Shown in pieces: positions 1 to 9,536 of a stretch of DNA of 64,000 nt (within the stretch, counting starts at the first letter, position 1; each line of letters opens with the position of its first letter). Under the pieces are notes generated by a model, which searched no databases, was not told where the DNA came from, and was given only the letters and a program-made list of their open reading frames with translations. The translations under genes and the position numbers were made by a program. The stretch comes from Escherichia coli. GTDB taxonomy: Bacteria; Pseudomonadota; Gammaproteobacteria; Enterobacterales; Enterobacteriaceae. The stretch lies in NCBI RefSeq assembly GCF_024700885.2, contig NZ_CP117014.1, one strand, 5' to 3'.

Positions 1-861
1 ATGGATAAGTCATTTATCTCTGATATTCTTTATGCTGACATTGAAAGCAAGGCTAAAGAATTAACAGTTAATTCGAACAATACTGTTCAACCTGTCGCAC
101 TTATGCGGCTTGGTGTTTTCGTCCCTAAACCAACTAAAAAACAGGGTGAAAACAACGAGATAGATGCATCATCTGTTTTTTCCAAATTGGAAATAGCTCA
201 AGCAGAAGGCTACGACAACATCAAGATCACTGGCCCTCGCTTGGACATGGATACTGATTTCAAAGTCTGGATTGGGGTAATCTACTCATTTAGCAAGTAT
301 GGCTTATCATCGAATACAATTCGCCTTTCTTTTCAAGAATTTGCAAAGGCGTGCGGATTTCCATCTAAGCGACTTGATGGGAAATTAAGAAACACGATCC
401 ACGATTCTTTAGGTCGGTTACGCAACAAAGGCATCTCATTCAAAAGAGGGAAAAGTGCTCGTGGAAGCTACAATACTGGCCTGCTTAAAACGGGATATTT
501 TGACTTTGAAACAGATGTCGTTGAACTGGAGGCTGATTCCAAGTTATGGGAAATCTTCCAGCTAGACTATCGGGTGCTTCTACAGCAACACGCACTTCGC
601 GCTTTACCTAAAAAAGAAGCAGCCCAGGCCATATATACCTTTATAGAAAGCCTCCCGGCACGTCCAATACCTATTTCATTTGCCAGAATACGTGAAAGAT
701 TAGCCTTGATGTCATCGGTAAGTGAGCAAAACAGAACGATAAAAAAAGCTATAGACCAGTTAAAAACAATAGGTTATCTCGATTGCACCATTGAAAAGCA
801 AGGTCGTGAAAACTTCATTATCGTTCACTCTCGGAATCCGAAACTTAAACCAACAGATTAA
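1..861 (+). CDS. repA: P1-type plasmid replication initiator RepA
   Basis: 286-aa ORF. From memory it is collinear with phage P1 RepA (..SFISDILYADIESKAKELTVNSNNTVQPVALMRLGVFVPKP...IVHSRNPKLK). An iteron array follows directly, as with P1 incA. Confidence 0.9.
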   Translation: MDKSFISDILYADIESKAKELTVNSNNTVQPVALMRLGVFVPKPTKKQGENNEIDASSVFSKLEIAQAEGYDNIKITGPRLDMDTDFKVWIGVIYSFSKYGLSSNTIRLSFQEFAKACGFPSKRLDGKLRNTIHDSLGRLRNKGISFKRGKSARGSYNTGLLKTGYFDFETDVVELEADSKLWEIFQLDYRVLLQQHALRALPKKEAAQAIYTFIESLPARPIPISFARIRERLALMSSVSEQNRTIKKAIDQLKTIGYLDCTIEKQGRENFIIVHSRNPKLKPTD

Positions 862-1085
862 ATGTGTGCTGAAGGGATAGTTTCATGTCTGGATGTGTGG
901 TGGAGGGAATTTCAGAGGATTGCTTATTTCAGATGTGTGCTGGAGGGATAAATGACGCTCTTTACATGCGAAATTCCCCTCCAGCACACATGTTGCCATT
1001 ACCATTCCCTCTACAACACATCTTGAGCAATGGGGTTTCCCGGCAGCACACATTTAACGTAAACCTTTCCCTACAGCACACATAA
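861..1085. repeat. incA: incA-like iteron array (copy-number control), seven ~19-bp RepA-type iterons
   Basis: Core ATGTGTGCTGGAGGGA-like repeats. Three are direct (862-879, 893-910, 933-950) and four inverted (973-992, 1004-1022, 1036-1053, 1066-1083). The core matches the P1 iteron consensus GATGTGTGCTGGAGGGAAA as I remember it. Confidence 0.8.
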
Positions 1086-1095
1086 TTAAAGCATT

Positions 1096-1803
1096 TCAGA
1101 ATTTGATCACTCCACTGATAGCCCCCTTTAACGCACTTGTAGCCATGCCAGCGGCACCGTTGACCAAGGCAGAAACACCTGAGCCTGCAGATGTGTATTT
1201 CTGGAAAGTGATTGGGTATGACAAGAACTCTGACACCTGATCACGTGAGCGAGTGATTTCCCCAAGTTGTGTAGGAAATACGCGCATTTCTTCTTCCAGT
1301 TCTTTTCCGCCGTCCTGAGTTACCCGGTAGACACGGATTTTCATCAGATATTCCGGAGGAAGGTTTATTGTTCCATCAGGATTTGTTACACGAGAACGAC
1401 GCTCTTTGAACCAGTCCATGATCTTGCCATCTTCGGTATCCCTCACGGTCATAGTGACCGGTCCAGCGCTAACATAGGTTGGCTTGCTGAATTCTACGCT
1501 GCCGATCACCTTGCTTTCTGTCTCAATGTTTCCACTGCTGTAGGTGATATCCTTCACGAACATATCGAAGCCGTTCAGGCCATCCACTTCAACGGTCCAC
1601 TGCCACCCCTGGGCGTAACGGATACGCATAGCGGCAGCAACAATATTTTTCCCGTAGGCAATATCGCTACTGTAATTCCCGCTTACCCCGCCGCCTGATA
1701 TGGCTTTATCAAGAATGTCGCTAATGAGGTTGCTGGTGAATGATTTCGTGTTAAATGACAATGCGGTGGTCAACGTTCTACCAACGCTGCTGAAAATACT
1801 CAC
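1096..1803 (-). CDS. hypothetical virion/tail-associated protein
   Basis: 235-aa ORF. It is the last gene of a tightly packed minus-strand operon with the tube, sheath and capsid genes. No motif recognised. Confidence 0.4.
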   Translation of the reverse strand: MSIFSSVGRTLTTALSFNTKSFTSNLISDILDKAISGGGVSGNYSSDIAYGKNIVAAAMRIRYAQGWQWTVEVDGLNGFDMFVKDITYSSGNIETESKVIGSVEFSKPTYVSAGPVTMTVRDTEDGKIMDWFKERRSRVTNPDGTINLPPEYLMKIRVYRVTQDGGKELEEEMRVFPTQLGEITRSRDQVSEFLSYPITFQKYTSAGSGVSALVNGAAGMATSALKGAISGVIKF

Positions 1804-1818
1804 TCTGCGCCTCCAGCG

Positions 1819-2370
1819 TTAAAAAATGGTAGCCCCCGGAATAATGGCCCGGTTTGAGGACATTTTTTCCTCAATCTCCTGCACGCGGGCATATAGCGTG
1901 GCTTCATCGGGCAGATCGGAGTAGTCAAATTTCCCGTCGATGGACGCTCTACGCTGCCGGGCGACATTTCTTACATTGATAAGCGCCTCCAGATATTCCT
2001 CCAGCATTCCAATGATTGCAGGAGGCACTTGCCATTCATCCAGCTTTCTGTCGCGTAGATTAACCAGATACAGCATTCGAAAAGGCCAGCGTTCTGAACC
2101 TGTTAGCTCTAATTCAATAAATCCGGATAATTCATCCGAATAGACCAACAGGCCATTGTTGTCGGTAACATGAACCAGAGAGAGATAATCTTCTGGTAAT
2201 GGGATTGCAGTACCACCAGCTTTTTCAAGTTTTAACGTTTTCACTACCCCTGCCCTGTCCTGATACGTGGTCAGAGCTTTGATCAGGAAGGCTTTCAGCG
2301 TTTCTTCTTCACGCACAAGCAGTGGATTAAATCGTACTTTAACGCTTTCTAATAATTCGGTTGGTGTCAT
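1819..2370 (-). CDS. hypothetical virion protein
   Basis: 183-aa ORF in the same late operon. The gap to the downstream gene is 15 nt. Confidence 0.4.
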   Translation of the reverse strand: MTPTELLESVKVRFNPLLVREEETLKAFLIKALTTYQDRAGVVKTLKLEKAGGTAIPLPEDYLSLVHVTDNNGLLVYSDELSGFIELELTGSERWPFRMLYLVNLRDRKLDEWQVPPAIIGMLEEYLEALINVRNVARQRRASIDGKFDYSDLPDEATLYARVQEIEEKMSSNRAIIPGATIF

Positions 2371-2422
2371 CGTACCTACAACTCAAATACAAGGAGTTCC
2401 CGCCACAAGGGCGGGAAAGAGA

Positions 2423-2914
2423 TCACTCTACCCAGTTGTAAACAATACGCAGGGAAGGCTTAACGACTGCTGTTACGTCTTCGGTGGAGAAGTCCACTGC
2501 GTCGGAATACACTTTGCAGTGATAATATGTGCGGATCAGACCTTTATGGTTACCGCTATTGGATTCAGCCGCTGCCTGTAAGGTAATTTCCAGATATTCT
2601 TTGCCATATACCATTTGTTTTACGGCGGCCAGAACATCCCCTTCGATGGTTTCAGAGCAGGTAACCTGGAATTCACCTGAGTTACGCAATGGCCCGTGCT
2701 GGTTGATCTTCATGCCGCCAGGACCATAGTCTTCCACGTCTTCGCGAGTCATTTCCGGCAACTGAGTGGTACGAACAAGTACAGATAGTTTTTCGTAACC
2801 TTTAATAGTCATCCAGAATTCTGAACCAATAAGTTTTTCGCCCGCTGCCAGGTTTTTGTTCAACCGGGATTTCAGAAAAGCGATATCGGCTTTTGTATTT
2901 GCAAAACCGGACAT
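2423..2914 (-). CDS. putative tail tube protein
   Basis: 163-aa ORF downstream of the sheath gene. Size and position fit a contractile-tail tube, and the synteny resembles the P1 21/22/23 cluster next to rep. No diagnostic motif. Confidence 0.4.
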   Translation of the reverse strand: MSGFANTKADIAFLKSRLNKNLAAGEKLIGSEFWMTIKGYEKLSVLVRTTQLPEMTREDVEDYGPGGMKINQHGPLRNSGEFQVTCSETIEGDVLAAVKQMVYGKEYLEITLQAAAESNSGNHKGLIRTYYHCKVYSDAVDFSTEDVTAVVKPSLRIVYNWVE

Positions 2915-2922
2915 AAATACTC

Positions 2923-3513
2923 CTACACAAAAACAGATGATATGTTGCTACGGTTAATCGAGGTGTTTCCGCTGCATTGCAGGGTTACCGTGTTATGAGT
3001 GAAATAGCCTTCCGGTGTGCGTGGGGCGTCCAGTTGGTAACTCACGCTTTTGATAACAACGTCGGTAAGGGCTATGTTCCTACCTATGTTTAACGTTACT
3101 GTCTCCGGGCGACGACCGAATGGCGCTACATTGTTCAGTTCCGGCGATTCCATCTTCAGCAATGCTGTAATGGCTGCGTTTACTTCAAGTTGCGCGTTCG
3201 TTGTCGCCATGAAATCAATTACCAGATTAAATTCAGGCGGTTGCTGACCTTCCCAAACAAGCATTGAGTTGAAGAGGGTTTTTGTTGTTACGCCGGTTGC
3301 GGTCTGAAGCGTATCTGCAAGAGAGCCAGCCGCAGCGCTAATACCACCAAGCAAACCTCCTACTGACTGGTTTTCAAATGGTGATTGCCACATTGATGAC
3401 AGTTCTGCGGTAGATCCTTCACCGATATAACCGACGACCATATCCTCTGAAGAGAGGATATAAACCTTCATTAACGGACTTATTCCGTCAGGCATTATCG
3501 CGCCGCAAATCAA
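2923..3513 (-). CDS. hypothetical virion protein
   Basis: 196-aa ORF located between the acidic protein gene and the tube gene. Confidence 0.35.
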   Translation of the reverse strand: MICGAIMPDGISPLMKVYILSSEDMVVGYIGEGSTAELSSMWQSPFENQSVGGLLGGISAAAGSLADTLQTATGVTTKTLFNSMLVWEGQQPPEFNLVIDFMATTNAQLEVNAAITALLKMESPELNNVAPFGRRPETVTLNIGRNIALTDVVIKSVSYQLDAPRTPEGYFTHNTVTLQCSGNTSINRSNISSVFV

Positions 3514-3562
3514 ACGCTATTTCTCCCAGGTAGAGGCCACCTTTGCAGACGGCCTATGTCAC

Positions 3563-4303
3563 TTACAAACCGCGTTTTTTGCGAATGCGCATTGATTTTT
3601 TGCGGTTGATATTCGCTACGGATGTATGTGCTTTGCGGCGTGCTTTTTTCAGCGCCTGTTTTTGCAATGACGTCATGCGGCGAGGACGCGGGCGTTTACG
3701 GATGATGGTTACCTTGCCATCACGAACCACTTTTTTACGTACCGCTTCCAGCATTGCGCTATCACCACCAGCAACGGTGTAAATGGCAATAGCTGTTTCC
3801 ATCATGTCGGTGTCGCTTTCGGAAAGAGCGTCATAAACACGTTCGGCAGCTGAGTCATCTTCATCGTCGATCATTTCGGTTACATCATCCTGATCAGCGC
3901 CAAGCGCAACAGCTGCATCAGCAAGAGCTGCGAGTGCATCGTTATAAGCATCGATTTGCTCATCGGTGAAATCGGTGTCTTCATCGATATCAGCCAGGCC
4001 AGCCATAGTGATTGCTAATGCATCAAATGAGTCAGCCTCCGGATCACCATCTTCAACCCAACCAGCAAGCATGGAAGCTGCCAGGCTGCGCATATCACCT
4101 TGTGCACGGGATTCAACCGCTTCCATCATCGCGGTTTCAATGTCGTCTTTGGGCTTTGGTTGAGTGTCCTTTCCTTTCTGTCCTGCGCTTTCCAGCATGG
4201 CGTTATCATTATTGTCCTGCGTGGATTTATCACCGCTTTCAAAGCAGCCAGAACCGAAAATCGCACGCATAAAAGGATCAGCAGTATAATTTTTCATATT
4301 CAA
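3563..4303 (-). CDS. hypothetical acidic protein with strongly basic C-terminal tail
   Basis: 246-aa ORF. The N-terminal two thirds are D/E-rich. The C terminus reads RKRPRPRRMTSLQKQALKKARRKAH..RKKSMRIRKKRGL. Confidence 0.35.
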   Translation of the reverse strand: MNMKNYTADPFMRAIFGSGCFESGDKSTQDNNDNAMLESAGQKGKDTQPKPKDDIETAMMEAVESRAQGDMRSLAASMLAGWVEDGDPEADSFDALAITMAGLADIDEDTDFTDEQIDAYNDALAALADAAVALGADQDDVTEMIDDEDDSAAERVYDALSESDTDMMETAIAIYTVAGGDSAMLEAVRKKVVRDGKVTIIRKRPRPRRMTSLQKQALKKARRKAHTSVANINRKKSMRIRKKRGL

Positions 4304-4340
4304 ACCTCTCTCCCCCGCATCATTTAGCGGGGGTTATAAA

Positions 4341-5999
4341 TCAGCGCATCAGAATTGGCTTACCGACGATTCGGCGAGCTGTACCGGTCGGACAAACAGA
4401 CCAGGACACTTCCCACAGATCGATGTCCTTTTGGACAACCTGAACAACGTATGGATCTTCACCCTGGGACTTGTCACGTGGAGTAACCAGCGCACCGGCT
4501 GCAACGTAACGGTCAAGCAATTCAGTCATTGCTTTCATTAGCGTTTCTTTGGTAATGCCATCCGGTTCGTGCTTAATCGCCTGAGCTACTTCATAGAAAT
4601 CTCTGGCGATGGCGTTCATCAAGGAAGACACATGCTGGAATCGCAGATAGTTGTTTTTGCTGTAAGTTGTTAAAGAGTCGTCAATGTAAACGGACCCGTC
4701 AGCAGCAACTGAAACTGGATTAATGCGCGCAAGAACGAACGCTTCACGATCAACTGCACCGATATTTGGAATTCGGGCAATGTTCTGTCGATCAATAATC
4801 GCGCGTGATATACCTGCCGGTGCGTAATGCCAACCACCAACATCCGGTACCAGCGCCACTCCTTTTGCCTTCGCTACGAATGCGTCGCAGCTAATGCCAT
4901 AGACGACATTCATTCCAGTGAAAGTATCTCGGCAGGAGAGTGGGAAGTAGTAACGGCTTGGTTGATGTGAGCCGCCAAAACTATGGCTTTTCGCTTCTGA
5001 AATAGCGTTTTCAGGTGTCTGGTTGCCCTTCAGGTCATAGAACATGTCTACGCGAACATCTTCAGCCAGCTTTTTGATTGCGGCTAAGGCGGATGCGTCA
5101 TAACAACCCAATGACAGCAATGCGGTGTAATTAACCTCTGAAGCTTCGAGAACCTTTAATGCTTCCAGATAGTCTGCAGCGTTAATTTCGGACAGATTTC
5201 CATCAGTACCACCTTCAAAAGCTACATCCTCAAAAATGAGTTGAGCAGCGGATGCTTCTGCATTATCTGCCAGTACGGCACCAATGCGAGAGGACTGGCT
5301 TTCAAGCAGTGTCGGAATCCATGCTGGTTGGCCCATGTCGTTGGTGCCTTCTGGATTGAAAGACACTTGGTGGCTTTCCAGCACCTCAATGGACCCATCG
5401 GTTTGTTTTTCTTTCAGCGTCAGCGTAAAGAGTTCGCTTTCTTCATCATCGCGAGTTAGTGATAACGTACGATTTTGAGATGCATCACCATCTTTGATGA
5501 AGAATAATGCCTTCTCTCCACCTTTAATCTGGGGCGTCTCTTTGGGTGTGAAGGTCACTGATTGAGTCGTTGCAGTTGAAGCAACACCAACGCTTAATGT
5601 GTCACCTGGATTTACTGTGGTTTCAGTAGGTTCAACGGAAAGTTCTTTGCTCGCCTTTGCCGCTTTTGCTTTGCCCACAACGGAAACAGAAATACCCGGC
5701 ACCTTCATGTCTTTAGCGCAAACTCGAACGACATATCCAGAGCCGCCTTTTACTGCACGCTCCACGTGGCGATATGGTTCAAATGCCGCGCCCTGGCGAG
5801 GGTGAATCGGTGAACCTAATACGCTTTGATAAGTCGTATCGTCAACTTTCAGTACCTTACCCGGTGCGCCACGACGCGATATTACAAGCCCAGCAAAGAC
5901 GGATGCGCCACCGCTGGTATTGGTGAGGGTAGCGTCAGCATTTACTGACATTACAGCAACGCCAGCTGCCTGCCCTACCGAAAAACTAATCTTATTCAT
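4341..5999 (-). CDS. putative contractile tail sheath protein
   Basis: 552-aa ORF. Size, position upstream of the tube candidate, and the character of the C-terminal region (..INPVSV..DDSLTT..LRFQHVSSLMNAIARD..) fit the sheath family. Not verified by search. Confidence 0.55.
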   Translation of the reverse strand: MNKISFSVGQAAGVAVMSVNADATLTNTSGGASVFAGLVISRRGAPGKVLKVDDTTYQSVLGSPIHPRQGAAFEPYRHVERAVKGGSGYVVRVCAKDMKVPGISVSVVGKAKAAKASKELSVEPTETTVNPGDTLSVGVASTATTQSVTFTPKETPQIKGGEKALFFIKDGDASQNRTLSLTRDDEESELFTLTLKEKQTDGSIEVLESHQVSFNPEGTNDMGQPAWIPTLLESQSSRIGAVLADNAEASAAQLIFEDVAFEGGTDGNLSEINAADYLEALKVLEASEVNYTALLSLGCYDASALAAIKKLAEDVRVDMFYDLKGNQTPENAISEAKSHSFGGSHQPSRYYFPLSCRDTFTGMNVVYGISCDAFVAKAKGVALVPDVGGWHYAPAGISRAIIDRQNIARIPNIGAVDREAFVLARINPVSVAADGSVYIDDSLTTYSKNNYLRFQHVSSLMNAIARDFYEVAQAIKHEPDGITKETLMKAMTELLDRYVAAGALVTPRDKSQGEDPYVVQVVQKDIDLWEVSWSVCPTGTARRIVGKPILMR

Positions 6000-6066
6000 G
6001 CTGGTTCTTATCCTCTAAAGCGAGAGAACGAGGCAAGGCTACCCACGGTTAATGGGCAGCCTCTGA

Positions 6067-6345
6067 TCAGGATTGGCTTACCGTGAAGTTATCGCCTACG
6101 GTTACTTCTTTCGTAGTTGGTTCAACACTGACGGTGCTTACGCTTTTATGTGCCTCCCTAACAGTGACTGTGCACTGTGCGGTTTTATTGCCGTCATTTG
6201 TTTTGATTGTCAGCACTGCCTGCCCGACCTTAAGAGCGGTACATGTAGTGCCATCAACCCGGACAATATCAGGGTGATCTGACTCAACAGTGAAAGATTT
6301 GTCTGTTGCGTCAGATGGCGTGATAGTTACTTGAATGTTTGCCAT
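6067..6345 (-). CDS. Ig-like (Big_2-type) domain protein, possible head/tail decoration
   Basis: 92 aa. It shows a beta-rich Big_2-like pattern (VTITPSDATDKSFTVESDHPDIVRVDG..LTIKTNDGNKTAQCTVTV) plus the start of a second repeat (VSVEPTTKEVTVGDNFTV). RBS is caggag. Confidence 0.5.
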   Translation of the reverse strand: MANIQVTITPSDATDKSFTVESDHPDIVRVDGTTCTALKVGQAVLTIKTNDGNKTAQCTVTVREAHKSVSTVSVEPTTKEVTVGDNFTVSQS

Positions 6346-6492
6346 TTTTTTCTCCTGAACGCCCCTTAATCAGGGGCGTGTTTTTGCCTTACTTCTGCTT
6401 TGTTTTTTTCTGTGCCTTTGAAGTGTTCGCGGCGATAGTTTCACCTTCATCTACGTCAAGTGACGTTGGTGATACCGACACGTTCGCCACCA

Positions 6493-8190
6493 TCACTTTT
6501 TTTCGTTAACCTTGCCTGTCAGCATGTCGATAGCACCTTCTTTGGCGCGAGTCAGACGCAGGCGGGTGAAGTAGTTTTCACCGTTGCGAGGATGTACTTC
6601 GTTGATGGCACTGCCCCAGAGAGTGGTACGGTTAACGAGAGACGGATTGGTTTCGTGCACGTAAGGGATTGCTGGGACTGCATCACCAGCAATCAGACCG
6701 GCTTTACCGATGCCTTCGCCACGCCCATAGAAGAAGATGTCATCCAGCCCGAAGTCATATCCCTGTGCCTGGAATTGCTCACAGACAGGTTGCGGCACTT
6801 CGTAAATACGAATCGTGCCAAACAGGGTGCCGATGTACTGTACATACGGCGACTGAACGTAACCTGGTGCGATCTGGAAGTGCTGTGGAGGCAGAGAGCG
6901 CAGGAAGTTCGCGGCGTCACCACCAGCAAAGCCGCCACGAATACCCGTTGTCAGGGTACGATTTGCCATTTCTTGAGACAGAGCGTTTACTACGTGACGC
7001 AGGAGGCCGACCCAGGACTCATAGTTTTGAGCTTCCGGCAGAGCCACATCAAATTCACGACCATAAACGGTATGGAATACCAGGGTGCGCAGACGCATGA
7101 TGTCGGTTTCATGGGAGATCCAGTTACGCATCGCGGAGAACTGAAGTGCCGCTAATTCAAGGCCGTGCTCACGGCTTAAATCGGATGCGGACATTACCGT
7201 GTGTTCGGAAGCAATTACGTACTGGGATGGACGAACTTCGTACTTACGCATAGCCTGGTTGATCACAGGAATCAGGCTTGGATTGCGCTCGATGTTAATT
7301 TCGACCTGAACAGCAATTTCAGTACCTTCTGGCGGAGCCTGGGTAAATGTAATGTCAATGACACCAGTGTCATAGGCAACTTTGGCAGTCGCTGAGAAAG
7401 CTTTACCTTTGCTGTCTTTAGCATTGAAATAAAGGTTGCCATCGCCGTCGTCAACTTTGGACGGTTTGCGGTTGATCAGCAGTTTGTTATAACCAGCGCG
7501 AAGCGGGCAGGATTGTCCCTCAAAATTTTGGATGTCGAACTGGAAGGTTTTGGTGCTGCCATCCCCTTTAGTGGAAAGGGTATACAGGCGCTTCATTTGA
7601 GAATAAACACCAGCTGACTGCATATTCAGTTCGTCACCTTGTTTGAAGGTGCCGAATTTTGTGCCTGCTACGTTGACCAGTTCATAAATATTTGACTCGT
7701 CACGATCACAAGGAACAAAAGTACAGGCATCACTGGTAGCAGCGCCCAGAGAGGCAGGCAGAATTAGAGCAGCATATTGAGCAACTTTCATTACGCCGTC
7801 AGAGCTACGCATTGATTGCGCGACAGACTCAAACATTGCCTTACCCGTGCCTTCGTGGGTATCACTGGCACATTCAGTCATCAGGCGCTCAAGAGCCATG
7901 TGTGCGTTCGCCAGGATGTCACTTGCCGGGTAATGACCATGTTGACGTTTATACTCATGCAGAGACATAGCCCACCCACCAGTGATCTGACGAGCGACCT
8001 CTGGATTTACGCCTTCAAACATAGGCACTTTCTGGATTGCTTTATCCAGGTTTTCCATCATTACTGCCTGGTCAGCAATCATGTTGCCTGCTGCATCGGT
8101 GGTCGGATCGACGGTCATAGCCATGACGCTTGCCGCCCGATTCATAATCTCGCGCTCGCGATCACGAGCTGGCTGAATGTTTTTATTCAC
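6493..8190 (-). CDS. putative major capsid protein (P1 gp23 position)
   Basis: 565-aa ORF and first gene of the late operon. Size and synteny (capsid-sheath-tube next to rep) match P1 gene 23. Ends in a GAA AAA AAG TGA slippery run. Confidence 0.55.
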   Translation of the reverse strand: MNKNIQPARDREREIMNRAASVMAMTVDPTTDAAGNMIADQAVMMENLDKAIQKVPMFEGVNPEVARQITGGWAMSLHEYKRQHGHYPASDILANAHMALERLMTECASDTHEGTGKAMFESVAQSMRSSDGVMKVAQYAALILPASLGAATSDACTFVPCDRDESNIYELVNVAGTKFGTFKQGDELNMQSAGVYSQMKRLYTLSTKGDGSTKTFQFDIQNFEGQSCPLRAGYNKLLINRKPSKVDDGDGNLYFNAKDSKGKAFSATAKVAYDTGVIDITFTQAPPEGTEIAVQVEINIERNPSLIPVINQAMRKYEVRPSQYVIASEHTVMSASDLSREHGLELAALQFSAMRNWISHETDIMRLRTLVFHTVYGREFDVALPEAQNYESWVGLLRHVVNALSQEMANRTLTTGIRGGFAGGDAANFLRSLPPQHFQIAPGYVQSPYVQYIGTLFGTIRIYEVPQPVCEQFQAQGYDFGLDDIFFYGRGEGIGKAGLIAGDAVPAIPYVHETNPSLVNRTTLWGSAINEVHPRNGENYFTRLRLTRAKEGAIDMLTGKVNEKK

Positions 8191-8348
8191 GGTTAAGCCC
8201 TAAATTCGGGCGCGGCGTGAAGGTTCTTTTGACGGGATAACAATACCTACTTTGTGATTTAGTCAATAGGTTTAGTAAAATAAAATCTATTAACACTCAT
8301 GTTGTTATGTGATTTAATTTTAGTTTTCTAACACAAATCATTAGAGTT

Positions 8349-8741
8349 ATGGCGTATCGAATCTTTGTTTCGTATAAAAATGGCGCTAAGAGCCACTCTC
8401 TGAACACAACAAGTCGCTTTCTTGTTGAGGCGCAGTTGGCATCAATTCTTGCCGAAAGTGAGATACTCTCGCTCGCTGAACGGATCGTTATCCAGTTTTC
8501 TGGTAGAGATATACTCAATGTCCCCGCTCTCACCCCGGCCTCCGAAGTTATGGAATCAATTAAATGGCCTGTATGCGGATGTCCTGCCAGGGTTGAAGAA
8601 CCGGTAACTGCAACGCTCTACATGCCGAAAGCTGTAAGAGATTGGCTTGCTATGGTTGGCAATGGGAAAGTCAGTGCTGGACTTCGCAAGTTAATTGAAA
8701 TGGCAGATATTCCTGAGTTAAAAAATGCATGGCGACAATGA
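8349..8741 (+). CDS. hypothetical protein with C-terminal ribbon-helix-helix-like segment
   Basis: 130 aa. The C terminus (TATLYMPKAVRDWLAMVGNGKVSAGLRKLIEMA) looks like an Arc/CopG strand-helix-helix. An operator-like TTAGTTTTCTAACA box lies 15 nt upstream. Confidence 0.4.
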   Translation: MAYRIFVSYKNGAKSHSLNTTSRFLVEAQLASILAESEILSLAERIVIQFSGRDILNVPALTPASEVMESIKWPVCGCPARVEEPVTATLYMPKAVRDWLAMVGNGKVSAGLRKLIEMADIPELKNAWRQ

Positions 8742-8757
8742 GTAAACAAGGGACAAA

Positions 8758-9216
8758 ATGAGTCACGTTAACCCATCAAAAACACAATATCGCTTAATGC
8801 TGGCGATCGCGTCAGCTATACCAACCAGCCTGAATCCCCCGGCAGGCTATCCCACTGTTGTTGATGATTGTTTTCAGTATTACGGAGAAGACATCCTGAG
8901 CCAGTCAAAAGCGCTCAAGCAGTTATGTAAGGCAGGTATTCTTCACTGTATCGGAGATCCGGACGATTTTGTTGTTATGCTGGCGGATCGTGACTCTTTT
9001 CTACTGTCCTGGAAAGCTGGTGCGCGCGAAGCACGTTTGGGGAATGGTATTGGTTACATAGACTATAGCGATTGTCCGCTGGCATTTGCTGGTGGATATA
9101 TGCATTGGCATGAGCGAAATAGGGGCCGTCAGCGTCAGTATCGTTTGAGTGACTTTAACGTCTGTCACGGTTTCGAAGAAGCTGACAGCCAGGACATCTG
9201 GCTTCAGGAGCCTTGA
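8758..9216 (+). CDS. hypothetical protein
   Basis: 152-aa ORF, 16 nt after the previous plus-strand gene. No motif recognised. Confidence 0.4.
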   Translation: MSHVNPSKTQYRLMLAIASAIPTSLNPPAGYPTVVDDCFQYYGEDILSQSKALKQLCKAGILHCIGDPDDFVVMLADRDSFLLSWKAGAREARLGNGIGYIDYSDCPLAFAGGYMHWHERNRGRQRQYRLSDFNVCHGFEEADSQDIWLQEP

Positions 9217-9536
9217 TCCCCCTTCCCTTCCCAAATCTCCCTGTTTCTTTGGTTATTCAGTGCGTTTCGTTGGTTGCATTCGTCGATCGTGCTGAATAAC
9301 TGTTCAGCGTATGTCGGATACTTGTTTAACAGCACTGGCGTGTCTTCTGGCACTAAACAAGGGGAGTAATCAATCAGATTTGCCTGCGGCTTGCTGGTGG
9401 CTTCTACGGTAATTTTCACTGGCACGCTGGTTGATGGCTTTTGCCCGTTCCCGCTGCATCCTGATAACGTCATCAGGCACACGCACATCGTTAATCCCAG
9501 CACGGCGTAACGCATTTTCAAGGCGAGTGATTTCAT
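9204..9536 (-). CDS. o-spanin (outer-membrane lipoprotein, Rz1-like), overlapped architecture
   Basis: Signal peptide with a lipobox (..LTMCVCLMTLSGC). It starts inside the i-spanin ORF in another frame and extends beyond it. Confidence 0.6.
   Translation of the reverse strand: MKSLALKMRYAVLGLTMCVCLMTLSGCSGNGQKPSTSVPVKITVEATSKPQANLIDYSPCLVPEDTPVLLNKYPTYAEQLFSTIDECNQRNALNNQRNREIWEGKGDQGS

Noticed and set aside
885-1085. 66-aa plus-strand ORF after repA
   Set aside because: It lies entirely within the iteron array, and its reading frame is generated by the repeats. There is no RBS.
6359-6379. Rho-independent terminator between the capsid and Ig-like genes
   Set aside because: The 8-bp GC hairpin has its T-run on the plus-strand side only. 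On the coding (minus) strand it is followed by the RBS of the next gene, so it is more likely an intercistronic structure.
6460-7155. 231-aa plus-strand ORF and other antisense ORFs inside the capsid gene
   Set aside because: These are shadow ORFs opposite a long, well-supported late gene. They have no RBS.
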